Below are positions 48,302-57,204 of a stretch of 64,000 bases of DNA, piece by piece. How positions within the stretch are numbered: the first letter of the stretch is position 1; each line of letters starts with the position of its first letter. The stretch spans positions 64,001-128,000 of the IMG/VR virus record IMGVR_UViG_3300042868_010004; one strand, written 5' to 3'. The notes under the pieces were generated by a model, which was given only the letters and a program-made list of their open reading frames with translations, did not search any database and was not told where the DNA came from. The stretch comes from a virus. Position numbers and translations under genes: made by a program.

Positions 48302-49177
48302 ATGTCAAAGTTCGATAAGTCGTTCAAGGTATGGGGTATACGTCAAGGTCTCATCGGAGACATGGTGATGGCCGAACCCCTTCTAACCCTTCTTGAAAAA
48401 TTATATCCGGGTAGTTTTAAGTATTGGCATATTGCTAAAAAGTGCAAGCAGGCCGAATTACTTTTTCACCATCATCCATTAATTGACCAGATCGTAATTT
48501 CAGACTGTGAGGAGGGGCAAGGGCCGAAAGATTTGGAGATAATGAAGACTTGTCAGGTTGTGTTAAATACCACGCCGAATCACAAAGATGATTTATTTCC
48601 AAATTTTAGAAATATCTATGAGGAGACGGCCCACATGGGCGGATTTAGTTCAGAACAGTATAATCTTTTGACCGAAGAGGAAAAAGTCCCAAAACTGTAT
48701 AAATGGTTTGAAACAGAAAACCTTGGAGAAAAAACGCTATCCTTTTGGCCGGTAGCAGGTTATGCAAAATGGCACTCACGGAATCCGACAAAGGAGTGGT
48801 ATGAGAAATTACTTCCGATGCTTTATGCAGAAGGATTTACGGTCTATCAGTGCGGGCATCCTAACGACTATACTTTTGCGCCGCACTCCCAACACATAGA
48901 TTGTCGTCAGTTTTCGTTTTTCGATCAGATTAAAAAATCCCTTGGTTGCTCAATTGCGCTTGCAACCGACTCCGGAAGCTCTTTAGTTCTGGGGGCTTAC
49001 CGAGCCCGGCAGGTAAGTTTGCTGACAAACCATTGGAACTCCCCAAAACACGTTCGTAATTTTTACGCATTCGGAACAAATAATCCGAATAACTATTCCT
49101 TTTTTGGTATGAACCATTGCGATAACATCCCACAAAAAGAAGTGCTTGACAAAATCCTCCAAAAATGCTCTGTTTGA
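48302..49177 (+). CDS. GT9 (heptosyltransferase-like) glycosyltransferase
   Basis: GLIGDMVM, ALATDSGSSLVLGAY. Confidence 0.75.
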   Translation: MSKFDKSFKVWGIRQGLIGDMVMAEPLLTLLEKLYPGSFKYWHIAKKCKQAELLFHHHPLIDQIVISDCEEGQGPKDLEIMKTCQVVLNTTPNHKDDLFPNFRNIYEETAHMGGFSSEQYNLLTEEEKVPKLYKWFETENLGEKTLSFWPVAGYAKWHSRNPTKEWYEKLLPMLYAEGFTVYQCGHPNDYTFAPHSQHIDCRQFSFFDQIKKSLGCSIALATDSGSSLVLGAYRARQVSLLTNHWNSPKHVRNFYAFGTNNPNNYSFFGMNHCDNIPQKEVLDKILQKCSV

Positions 49178-49181
49178 CCGT

Positions 49182-49565
49182 ATGAATCGTCAAATTAAAT
49201 TCCGTGCTTGGGATACATTGAATAAATGTTGGTTGAAATCCGGTGAATATGGTATCTATAATGGCGACGGCGGGCTATGGTGTGGGAAGCATAACATGGT
49301 TATTCTACAACAGAGTAGTGAATATACGGACAAAAACGGAAAAGAAATTTATGAAGGGGATATTATTCAATATTCTTTTTATGGGGATGTCGGATACGAT
49401 CCTGAGCCCCCTCTTGTAATCAGATACGCAGAAGGTTATTCTAATTGGGCTTTAATGCCCTTTAAGTTGGATGGCGAACGTTGGGATTTTTATGGTGGTT
49501 GGCCACATGAAGAAATAACCATTATCGGCAACATCTTTGAAAATCCAGAACTTCTTAAATTTTAA
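49182..49565 (+). CDS. YopX family protein (second copy)
   Basis: RQIKFRAWD..DKNGKEIYEGDI..IIGNIFENPELL. Confidence 0.85.
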   Translation: MNRQIKFRAWDTLNKCWLKSGEYGIYNGDGGLWCGKHNMVILQQSSEYTDKNGKEIYEGDIIQYSFYGDVGYDPEPPLVIRYAEGYSNWALMPFKLDGERWDFYGGWPHEEITIIGNIFENPELLKF

Positions 49566-49567
49566 TC

Positions 49568-50470
49568 ATGACAAATCGATCTTCAAAAAAGCCTTCCGTT
49601 CTAATCCTCGGTGGTGGCGCACTCGGCAAAGTCTTCGCAAAAGTATTCAATACCGGAGAGTTTGACCTAGCGGTTGCCAAACGGAAGAAATTCAGCGCAG
49701 AGGATGCCGGAAAGGGCTATCTAGCATATGAGTTCGACGCAGTGAATTGCCCGCCATACGTCGCCAAAGACTTTGATTATATAGTGAATTGTATTGGGGT
49801 AACACCTCAAAAAATTGACGAGACATGCACGCATTCCAAGCTGAATGCACTCTTGGTCAACTCCGCCTTTCCTTACCAACTGGCCAAGAATTGCCCAAAC
49901 AGCCGGATTATTCATATCTCGACTTCCCATGTCTTCGCCTTAGCTGGTGGTAACAAGACGGAGAATGATTGGCCGCAACCTTTGACGACCTATGAGAAGA
50001 CAAAGTTTGCCGGAGAGGTCTGGGCCGAGAACGTGATGAATCTCCGCTGCTCCGTCGTGGGGCCGGGCGGCGGGCTATTTGAGTGGTTCAAGACGGAGAG
50101 AAAACAGAAGGGTCGGGTTGAAGGTTATACGAATCATATGTGGAATGGCTTAACATCATTGAAATTGGCGGAAATCTGCCGAGGTATCATCCGAGATGAG
50201 CTATTTTGCGGAGGTATCCAGCACATTGTCCCTAACGGGAAGGTCAGTAAGCATCAGCTCTTATGGGAATTGAATCAGTATCCTTGGGGTGAATCTGACA
50301 AGGCGGCGGAGATAGTGGAAGCAAAGGCTGATTGCGGCTTGGATAGAACCCTTGGAACCGTCCGACTGATTGAAAATATGGCGCTTTGGCGTGGGGCGGG
50401 CAGCTTGGCTCCATTGGATATTCGGACGCAAATTAGAGAGATGGCGATTTGGGTGGAGGAGAACAAATAA
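49568..50470 (+). CDS. NDP-4-keto-sugar reductase (RmlD-like SDR)
   Basis: LILGGGALG, IVNCIG, IHISTSHVF, YEKTK (YxxxK). Confidence 0.8.
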   Translation: MTNRSSKKPSVLILGGGALGKVFAKVFNTGEFDLAVAKRKKFSAEDAGKGYLAYEFDAVNCPPYVAKDFDYIVNCIGVTPQKIDETCTHSKLNALLVNSAFPYQLAKNCPNSRIIHISTSHVFALAGGNKTENDWPQPLTTYEKTKFAGEVWAENVMNLRCSVVGPGGGLFEWFKTERKQKGRVEGYTNHMWNGLTSLKLAEICRGIIRDELFCGGIQHIVPNGKVSKHQLLWELNQYPWGESDKAAEIVEAKADCGLDRTLGTVRLIENMALWRGAGSLAPLDIRTQIREMAIWVEENK

Positions 50471-50473
50471 CTT

Positions 50474-50815
50474 ATGAATAACGATATTCAATTTGGTTGC
50501 CTGAATGTTGATACTGGTGAATTCCGAAAGGGCCATATTGATAAATCCGGCAATCAACAGTTTAAAAGATTGCCTTGGTATAAGCGATTATTTTTCCGAG
50601 AGCCGAGTCAGACGGAGTTGGTCGGGACTACGACCCTTTCGGTTGGTTTTATTTGGACGAGAGATACGGATTTGAAGGATGTAAAGGCGGCTCTTTATAG
50701 AAAATTCAATCCGTATGCCGGAAAGACTCAGAAAATTTGGGCCAAACAAAATGGAAATACAGTGTTTTTTGATCCTTTTATATATGACGAAAATAAGCAA
50801 TTAGTTATAAATTAA
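50474..50815 (+). CDS. Hypothetical protein
   Basis: 113-aa ORF in operon. Confidence 0.6.
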   Translation: MNNDIQFGCLNVDTGEFRKGHIDKSGNQQFKRLPWYKRLFFREPSQTELVGTTTLSVGFIWTRDTDLKDVKAALYRKFNPYAGKTQKIWAKQNGNTVFFDPFIYDENKQLVIN

Positions 50816-50824
50816 GACAATTTT

Positions 50825-51622
50825 ATGAGTTATAAGATCGGCGTCCTCCTTTGCAGTTATTCACTCCCAGAATATATTCACGACTGCCTCCGCCCGTGGA
50901 TTGAAGCCCGGCAAGCCAAACTCGGAGGTCATGAATTTATCATTTCGGCAATTTCCGTCCCATTCAAAGAATATAAGGATAAGGCAGAGGAGGATACGGA
51001 AAGCCCAAAAATTTTACAGGAATACAAAGAGAAAGGCTTGATTGACTATCTGTTCACGGAGCCGAAGTGGGAGGAAGAGAAAGTTGTCCGGAATACTGCG
51101 CTCAATCCGCTGCTGGAAATTGAGAATTGTGACTTCTGTTGGCTGGTCGATTGTGATGAATTTTACCAACTCGTTGAGATTGAACGGATTATGAAATTCG
51201 TAGAGCGGAATCCGCTGACTTGTTGGTTCAGAGGTAACCTTAAGAACTACGTATTCTCGAATAAGGAATTTCTGGCTTTACCTTTTAATCCCGCTCGGAT
51301 TTACCGGACGAAGTATCAGAATTATAAGTTGTATGGATTTCGCTACGATAATGAGATGATCTATCACGGGACTATCACCAGAGATATCAAAGACCATGAG
51401 CAGATGCCGAGTCTGACTATTCCGAAGACCGTAGCCTTCACGCGGCACTACACATGGTTTTCGGATGCGAATAGCAAAAAAAAGTGTGAATATCAAAAGG
51501 GGAGATTTTCTCTTGAACTGTGTTCTTTCCTATGGAATCACAATGAAGATAAATTAGAGTTCAACCCATTGTATTTTAGTAAGTTCGGGAAACCTATCCC
51601 GGAAGTCTGCCGAGAGGATTGA
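50825..51622 (+). CDS. GT2-like glycosyltransferase
   Basis: VRNTAL, WLVDCDEFY DxD motif, HYTW. Confidence 0.7.
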   Translation: MSYKIGVLLCSYSLPEYIHDCLRPWIEARQAKLGGHEFIISAISVPFKEYKDKAEEDTESPKILQEYKEKGLIDYLFTEPKWEEEKVVRNTALNPLLEIENCDFCWLVDCDEFYQLVEIERIMKFVERNPLTCWFRGNLKNYVFSNKEFLALPFNPARIYRTKYQNYKLYGFRYDNEMIYHGTITRDIKDHEQMPSLTIPKTVAFTRHYTWFSDANSKKKCEYQKGRFSLELCSFLWNHNEDKLEFNPLYFSKFGKPIPEVCRED

Positions 51623-51774
51623 CAAGACAAGGAAAGGCTTTACACTAGACTCCGAATTAGGGAATCAAAAAGGCGGAAATTCCGTTTTTCGGTTCCTTGG
51701 CTTCTGTCGTTTTTGTAAACCTGTTTTCCCTAATTTTTAGTTTTTTAAACCAGTAAATAAGTAAATATTTTATC
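51619..51774 (+). promoter_or_regulatory. Sigma70-like promoter and structured nrdJ leader
   Basis: TTGACA-N16-TACACT; AATTAGGGAA (51655) pairs with TTCCCTAATT (51726), followed by a T tract. Confidence 0.5.
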
Positions 51775-54700
51775 ATGAGTCTTCAAGCATTGTCTGATTA
51801 CGTCGTTTATTCCAAGTATAGTCATTATCTTCCTGAGAAGAAGCGGCGCGAAACATGGGAGGAAATTACGGATCGAGTGTTCGGAATGCATTCTGTAAAA
51901 TACAAGAAGGAACTTGAAGAGAGTAAAGAGTTTGTAGATATGTTTGAGTCTGCTAAAAATGCGGTGAAAAAAAAACGAGTTTTGGGTTCCCAGCGCGCGC
52001 TTCAGTTTGCTAGTCCAGACCCCAAATTTGGTATCCTAAATAAGAACGAAAAGATCTTTAATTGCACGTCTACTCTTGTAGATCGCCCTCGTGCCTTTCA
52101 AGAAATTGGGTATGTTCTTTTGAATGGTTGTGGCGCTGGTTATAGTGTGCAATATCATCATATTGAGAAACTTCCAAATATTAAAAAACCGACCAAGGGC
52201 AAAAAAACATATCGGCCAGTCGATCAGATCGAAGGATGGTCGGAGTGCTGGGGTGTTCTAATTAATTCATTTTTTGAAAACGGTATTTATCCTGAGTATG
52301 AGGGATACGAGATTGAATTTGATTTAAGTGAAATTCGTCCCGCTGGTGCTCTTATTGCTGGTCAATTTAAAGCCCCCGGCCCACAACCCTTAGAAAAATC
52401 TCTAAACAAGATTCGCTCCTTGATTAATTCGGTTCTTGATAGCGGACAGAACCGCTTATCCTCATTAAATGTTCATGATACTATCTGTCATATTGCAGAT
52501 GCGATCATCAGCGGGGGTGTGAGGCGCAGCGCCCTGATCTGTCTTTTCTCGTTGACTGACAAGGAGATGCGCGAGTGCAAAACAGGAAATTGGTTTGAAG
52601 AAAACGCTCAAAGAGGTCGTGCAAATAATTCCGTTGTATTAGAGCGCGGTAAGGTAACAAAGGAACAGTTTGATGAAATTTTTGAGAATATAAAAAGCCA
52701 CGGTGAGCCAGGTTTTTATTTTGTGGATGACGGAGCAATACATCAATCAACAAACCCATGTATGAGATTGGACGCCAAGCTCTTGACAAAAAATGGAATT
52801 AGAGAATTGAAAGATATTTTGGAGGGTGATTACATTTGGTCTTCCGAGGGTTGGACAAAGGTTACAAAAAAATGGAAAACTGGAACTAAAGATGTTTATC
52901 GCTACAAGACAACTTTCGGCTCAATTGAGCTAACAGAAAATCATCTTGTTTTGAGTGAGGGTGATTTGATTGAAGTAGGGCAAGCTGAGTCTCTGGATAT
53001 TTTGAGAGGACCATTTGAAACAGATGTAAAATTAGATAATCAATCAATCATGGATGGGCTTGTTTTGGGTGACGGAACCTACCATAAAGCTTCTAAAACT
53101 TTAATGCTTTTAATCGGAAAGGACGACAAGGACTATTTTGACTCTGAGATAGCTAGCCTGATTATTAATCGCGCGGACTCAATTCAGGACTATGGATGGA
53201 GAGTTAAGACGACCATAACTTCTGACGAGTTATGCTATACCTACAACCGTTCTGTTCCGAATCGTTTCTTATGCGCAAAAAATGAAAAAGTTTGTTCTTT
53301 TTTAAGGGGGCTTTACTCGGCCAACGGAAGCATTTGCGGGAATCGAGTGACCTTAAAAACGACATCTAAAAAATTAGTGGACGATGTTCAATTGATGCTT
53401 TCTTCAATTGGAATTGCCTCTTACTATACAACCAATAAACCATCATTGGTTAGTTTTAGTAACGGGGACTATCTCTGCAAGGAAAGTTTTGACATTAATA
53501 TCTCCAAAGATATTCATAAGTTTTATCAAAAAATTGGATTTTTACAAAAATATAAAAACGAAAAACTTGAAAAAGTAATAAATGAAAGACAGTATACAAC
53601 CAAAAATGAAAGATCCAAAGATATTATCGGGGCTGATTTCGTTTGTCATGAAGATGTGTATGATATTACGGTAGATAATGAAAGTCATACCTTTTGGTGT
53701 AATGGTTTTAACATACATAACTGCTGCGAAATTGGGTTTTGGCCCATCTCAGAAAGCGGACAGTCTGGATTCGGCTTTTGCAACCTATGCGAGATCAACG
53801 GGTTAGAATGCAAGACTAAAGAAGAATTTTTTGAGTTATGCCAGCACGCCGCCTTTATTGGGACTCTTCAGGCGGGCTATAACTCTACCCCTTATCTTGG
53901 CAAAGCTACGGAAGATATTCTTCGCAAAGAAGCACTCCTCGGCGTTTCGGTTACTGGATGGATGGACTCACCGAATACTCTGTTCAACGAGGAAAACCTT
54001 AAAGCTGGCGTTGAAATCGTAAAACAAACAAACGAAAAAGTCGCCAAAATTATTGGTGTAAATCCCGCCGCTAGAACTACCTGCACAAAACCCTCCGGAA
54101 CAGCGTCCTCCGTTCTTATGACCGGATCTGGTATTCACGCGCAGCATTCTCGAAAATTTCTTCGCCGCGCTCAGGTGAACAAAAAAGAATTTGCCGGTAA
54201 GATCATGAAGAGGAAGAATAAGTGCGCGGTTGTTGAATCCGTTTATTCCACAAACAAGACCGATAACGTTATTTCTTTTCCATGTGAGGTAAATTCCGAG
54301 GCTATTGTAAAGGGTGATTTGTCAGCCATTGGTTTTCTTGAAAAGGTTAAACTAGCTTATCAAAGCTGGGTTCTACCGGGAACTTATGCCGACAGGGGTC
54401 TGAATAAAGCTGTGACCCATAATATATCTGTAACTGTTAATGTGGGTGATGATGAATGGGATGGCGCAAGGGATTATATTTTTGAAAACAGAGGTTACTT
54501 TTCCGGAATCTCTCTCCTTTCTCGGCAGGGCGATTTGATTTATGATCAGGCTCCGTTTGCCGAAGTCTTAGATCCTAAAGAACTCGTTGAAAAATATGGG
54601 GATGCTGTTCCTTTGGCGTCGGGATTGATTGTTGATGGATTGCATTCGTTTGATAATCTTTGGGTTGCCTGCGAGACGGCATTAGGGGTTCGAAAAATTG

Positions 54701-55083
54701 ACGAGAAGCCCGATCCCGTTGAGCCCAAGAAGCCGCGCAAATCTCGCGGAATGAAAGAAAAGGAATACACCTCCGCCTTAGCCAATTATGCGATAGAACT
54801 TAATCTTTATTATCAAGCCAAGGGTGAATACGAAACGATTGAGCATAAAAAAGATTGGGTTCGTCGGGCAAAACAGTTTACTGAAAGATATTTTAATAAC
54901 GATATGGTTAAAATGACTTACTGCCTAAAACATGTAAGTTTGTGGAAAGATTGGTTGGATATTAAACGAGAGTGGAAAGATATTGATTGGGCAAATATTA
55001 AGGAAAACGATCAAGAATATGTTGATGCCGATACAATGGCGGGGGCAAGTTGCTCTGGTGGGGCTTGTGAAATTTTAAAGTAA
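51775..55083 (+). CDS. nrdJ: Class II (AdoCbl-dependent) ribonucleotide reductase with intein
   Basis: SQRALQF, IFNC, GGVRRSALI, spliced TNPCCEI, CTKPSGT, C-terminal CSGGACE. Confidence 0.92.
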   Translation: MSLQALSDYVVYSKYSHYLPEKKRRETWEEITDRVFGMHSVKYKKELEESKEFVDMFESAKNAVKKKRVLGSQRALQFASPDPKFGILNKNEKIFNCTSTLVDRPRAFQEIGYVLLNGCGAGYSVQYHHIEKLPNIKKPTKGKKTYRPVDQIEGWSECWGVLINSFFENGIYPEYEGYEIEFDLSEIRPAGALIAGQFKAPGPQPLEKSLNKIRSLINSVLDSGQNRLSSLNVHDTICHIADAIISGGVRRSALICLFSLTDKEMRECKTGNWFEENAQRGRANNSVVLERGKVTKEQFDEIFENIKSHGEPGFYFVDDGAIHQSTNPCMRLDAKLLTKNGIRELKDILEGDYIWSSEGWTKVTKKWKTGTKDVYRYKTTFGSIELTENHLVLSEGDLIEVGQAESLDILRGPFETDVKLDNQSIMDGLVLGDGTYHKASKTLMLLIGKDDKDYFDSEIASLIINRADSIQDYGWRVKTTITSDELCYTYNRSVPNRFLCAKNEKVCSFLRGLYSANGSICGNRVTLKTTSKKLVDDVQLMLSSIGIASYYTTNKPSLVSFSNGDYLCKESFDINISKDIHKFYQKIGFLQKYKNEKLEKVINERQYTTKNERSKDIIGADFVCHEDVYDITVDNESHTFWCNGFNIHNCCEIGFWPISESGQSGFGFCNLCEINGLECKTKEEFFELCQHAAFIGTLQAGYNSTPYLGKATEDILRKEALLGVSVTGWMDSPNTLFNEENLKAGVEIVKQTNEKVAKIIGVNPAARTTCTKPSGTASSVLMTGSGIHAQHSRKFLRRAQVNKKEFAGKIMKRKNKCAVVESVYSTNKTDNVISFPCEVNSEAIVKGDLSAIGFLEKVKLAYQSWVLPGTYADRGLNKAVTHNISVTVNVGDDEWDGARDYIFENRGYFSGISLLSRQGDLIYDQAPFAEVLDPKELVEKYGDAVPLASGLIVDGLHSFDNLWVACETALGVRKIDEKPDPVEPKKPRKSRGMKEKEYTSALANYAIELNLYYQAKGEYETIEHKKDWVRRAKQFTERYFNNDMVKMTYCLKHVSLWKDWLDIKREWKDIDWANIKENDQEYVDADTMAGASCSGGACEILK
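52759..53721 (+). mobile_element. LAGLIDADG intein (321 aa)
   Basis: Starts C(MRLDAKLLT), ends FNIHN before Cys; blocks DGLVLGDG and FLRGLYSANG. Confidence 0.92.
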
Positions 55084-55277
55084 TGTCGATCTCCTGTATC
55101 TGCCATAATATCCCCTTAGAGGAAGCCATTCAAAAAGCCCCCTCTTTGGGCGACTTGCAGGCGGCGGGTATTTGCGCCACCAAATGCAAATTATGCGTTC
55201 CGTTCTTGGAAGACCTATTCCGACAGAAAAGCAAAGGCAGACAGACACATAAACAAGAAGAACTTAACCATGCCTAA
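55083..55277 (+). CDS. BFD-like [2Fe-2S] ferredoxin
   Basis: CICHN...KCKLC (CxC..CxxC), 64 aa. Confidence 0.75.
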   Translation: MSISCICHNIPLEEAIQKAPSLGDLQAAGICATKCKLCVPFLEDLFRQKSKGRQTHKQEELNHA

Positions 55278-55863
55278 ATCTGTAAAATCCGTCGCGACTA
55301 AAACCGGAGATACCGGAACAACCTCCCTGCTATATGGCGAGCGAGTTCTGAAATCAGACAGTCGGATTGAACTAGTCGGTCAGATTGATGAGCTTTCCGC
55401 CTTCCTCGGACTGGCCAAGGCTGAATTAACCGAGTATTTAGCCCGAAATTCAATCTATCTCAGCGTTGAGTCCTGTCCTGTCGCCTACGATGTGATTGAA
55501 ACCTTGAAAGAGGTCCAACTGAAATTCATCGAAATCATGGGTGAAATCGCAACGGAAGATGATAAGAAAAGCCGGTATGAGAAAGGCTTCGGAATCTTTG
55601 ATCTGCCCGACTTGGAAAAACTCGACCGAAGAATCCATACGTTAGAGACCGAATACGATCTCACCCCGACCGATTGGGTTCTGTATGGCTGTAATAAGAA
55701 TGCCGCCGCCTTGGATGTCGCTTCAAAAGTCTGCCGGAGGGTTGAGCGAGTCTTCTGGATGAAAAGCATACATGGGACAACAATCCGGCCCGTTATTTTA
55801 AAATATATCAACCGGCTGAGTGATTATCTTTATCTTTGCGCCAGATTCTTTGAGAAGAAATAA
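55270..55863 (+). CDS. pduO: ATP:cob(I)alamin adenosyltransferase (PduO type)
   Basis: TKTGDTGTTSL..KSDSRIELVGQIDELS..VCRRVER..YINRLSDYLY. Confidence 0.9.
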   Translation: MPKSVKSVATKTGDTGTTSLLYGERVLKSDSRIELVGQIDELSAFLGLAKAELTEYLARNSIYLSVESCPVAYDVIETLKEVQLKFIEIMGEIATEDDKKSRYEKGFGIFDLPDLEKLDRRIHTLETEYDLTPTDWVLYGCNKNAAALDVASKVCRRVERVFWMKSIHGTTIRPVILKYINRLSDYLYLCARFFEKK

Positions 55864-55941
55864 CGGAGAAAGGCGCTTCTAGGACGGATGCTATTAGTGT
55901 AAACTTAGATAAGCAAAAACCGCATAGCCTTTCTCCGCTTT

Positions 55942-56643
55942 ATGAAATCGACCGCCACCGTAATTTATCTAAATAAATCCCTTCACTCCAAGGTCAAACA
56001 GGCAGCGAATGAAAAATTTGATAAACCGAGCTATGTCAAGTCTTTATGGATTACCAGAGAGTATAAGAAGCGCGGCGGTAAAGTCAGATATGAGGGCGGG
56101 AAGCCATCCAAGGAATCAATTAAGAAGGCGGTTGCGTCCGAAGGTATCCAGACTTGCGGTTGTCACGTTACGGCCAGTCTGACTTGGGATCAGTATGAGA
56201 CGGAGGAAATCAATGCGAGTCTGGATGAAGAGTTCAGTCCAGTAGAGGGCGAGACCGATAAAGAAGTTTTGTTCGCGGCTCGGTTTTGGGAAGATAATAA
56301 GGAGGATATTTGCAAAGACGAAGAGGGTTTAATTACAGAGTTGGATCGCTCCTCAATGTTTGAAGCCGAAGAATATCTTGCTCTAGCCGAGAAAGAGAGA
56401 AAAACCCTAAACAAACCCTTCCGCACTCCGGGAGAAAGTAAGAAATTCGGCGTTTGGGTTAAAAACGAAAAGGGGAACGTTGTCCTCGTCCGCTTTGGGG
56501 ATAGTGAGCTATCCATAAAAAGGACAAATCCTGAGCGCAGAAAATCCTTTATGGCCCGTCATGGTTGTGATAACCCCGGTCCACGGTGGTCCGCAAAATT
56601 TTGGGCGTGCTGGAGCTGGCGTACTAATACAAAACTACCTTAA
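55942..56643 (+). CDS. Conserved viral hypothetical late protein
   Basis: YVKSLWITREYKKRGG and VRFGD..RRKSFMARHGC..FWACW modules; GTGTAA at 55897. Confidence 0.7.
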   Translation: MKSTATVIYLNKSLHSKVKQAANEKFDKPSYVKSLWITREYKKRGGKVRYEGGKPSKESIKKAVASEGIQTCGCHVTASLTWDQYETEEINASLDEEFSPVEGETDKEVLFAARFWEDNKEDICKDEEGLITELDRSSMFEAEEYLALAEKERKTLNKPFRTPGESKKFGVWVKNEKGNVVLVRFGDSELSIKRTNPERRKSFMARHGCDNPGPRWSAKFWACWSWRTNTKLP

Positions 56644-56677
56644 ACGTTAGCTCTCATAGTTCTATACTATTTTCATC

Positions 56678-57097
56678 ATGACAAATAATCCCGACCACTC
56701 TCACACATTCAATCCAAACGCGATTGATGTAAAACTAGCCGAAATCCTTCTGCTGCAAAGACTTGACAAAGAGGATCGAGATCGTTGGCGCGCTGAATTC
56801 AACGCAAAGATAGATGGGGTTGACGAAAGACTGAAGAGGGTTGAACAACAATGCCTCCTCACAAACGGAAAAATCATAAAACATACCGGCCAAATTGACG
56901 CCTTGGAAAAAATTAACGAGTTGGAGGAGGCAAGACAGGAAGAGATTGAATCTATCATTTCCACCAAGAAGTTTATCAATAAATGGCTTATCAATAAATG
57001 GTTCATCGTCTTCCTGATTGTCTTGGGCGCGGGAATCCTGAAGGTTATTTCCTCCCCTTGGCTTCAAGGAATACTTCGCCCGCTATCGGGAATTTAA
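56678..57097 (+). CDS. Coiled-coil protein with C-terminal membrane segment (holin/XhlA-like)
   Basis: TNGKI..LE coiled coil, then WFIVFLIVLGAGIL. Confidence 0.5.
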   Translation: MTNNPDHSHTFNPNAIDVKLAEILLLQRLDKEDRDRWRAEFNAKIDGVDERLKRVEQQCLLTNGKIIKHTGQIDALEKINELEEARQEEIESIISTKKFINKWLINKWFIVFLIVLGAGILKVISSPWLQGILRPLSGI

Positions 57098-57133
57098 GGA
57101 AGACTGACAGAAAACGATTATTTTTTTGGATTT

Positions 57134-57167
57134 AACCCCGCCCGGCTTTTAAACTTGGCGGGTTTTT
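57134..57167 (+). terminator. Rho-independent terminator
   Basis: CCCGCC / GGCGGG stem plus TTTTT. Confidence 0.8.
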
Positions 57168-57204
57168 CATTTTTCGGAGGTGAGGCAGGATTCCGCCTTG
57201 ACAA

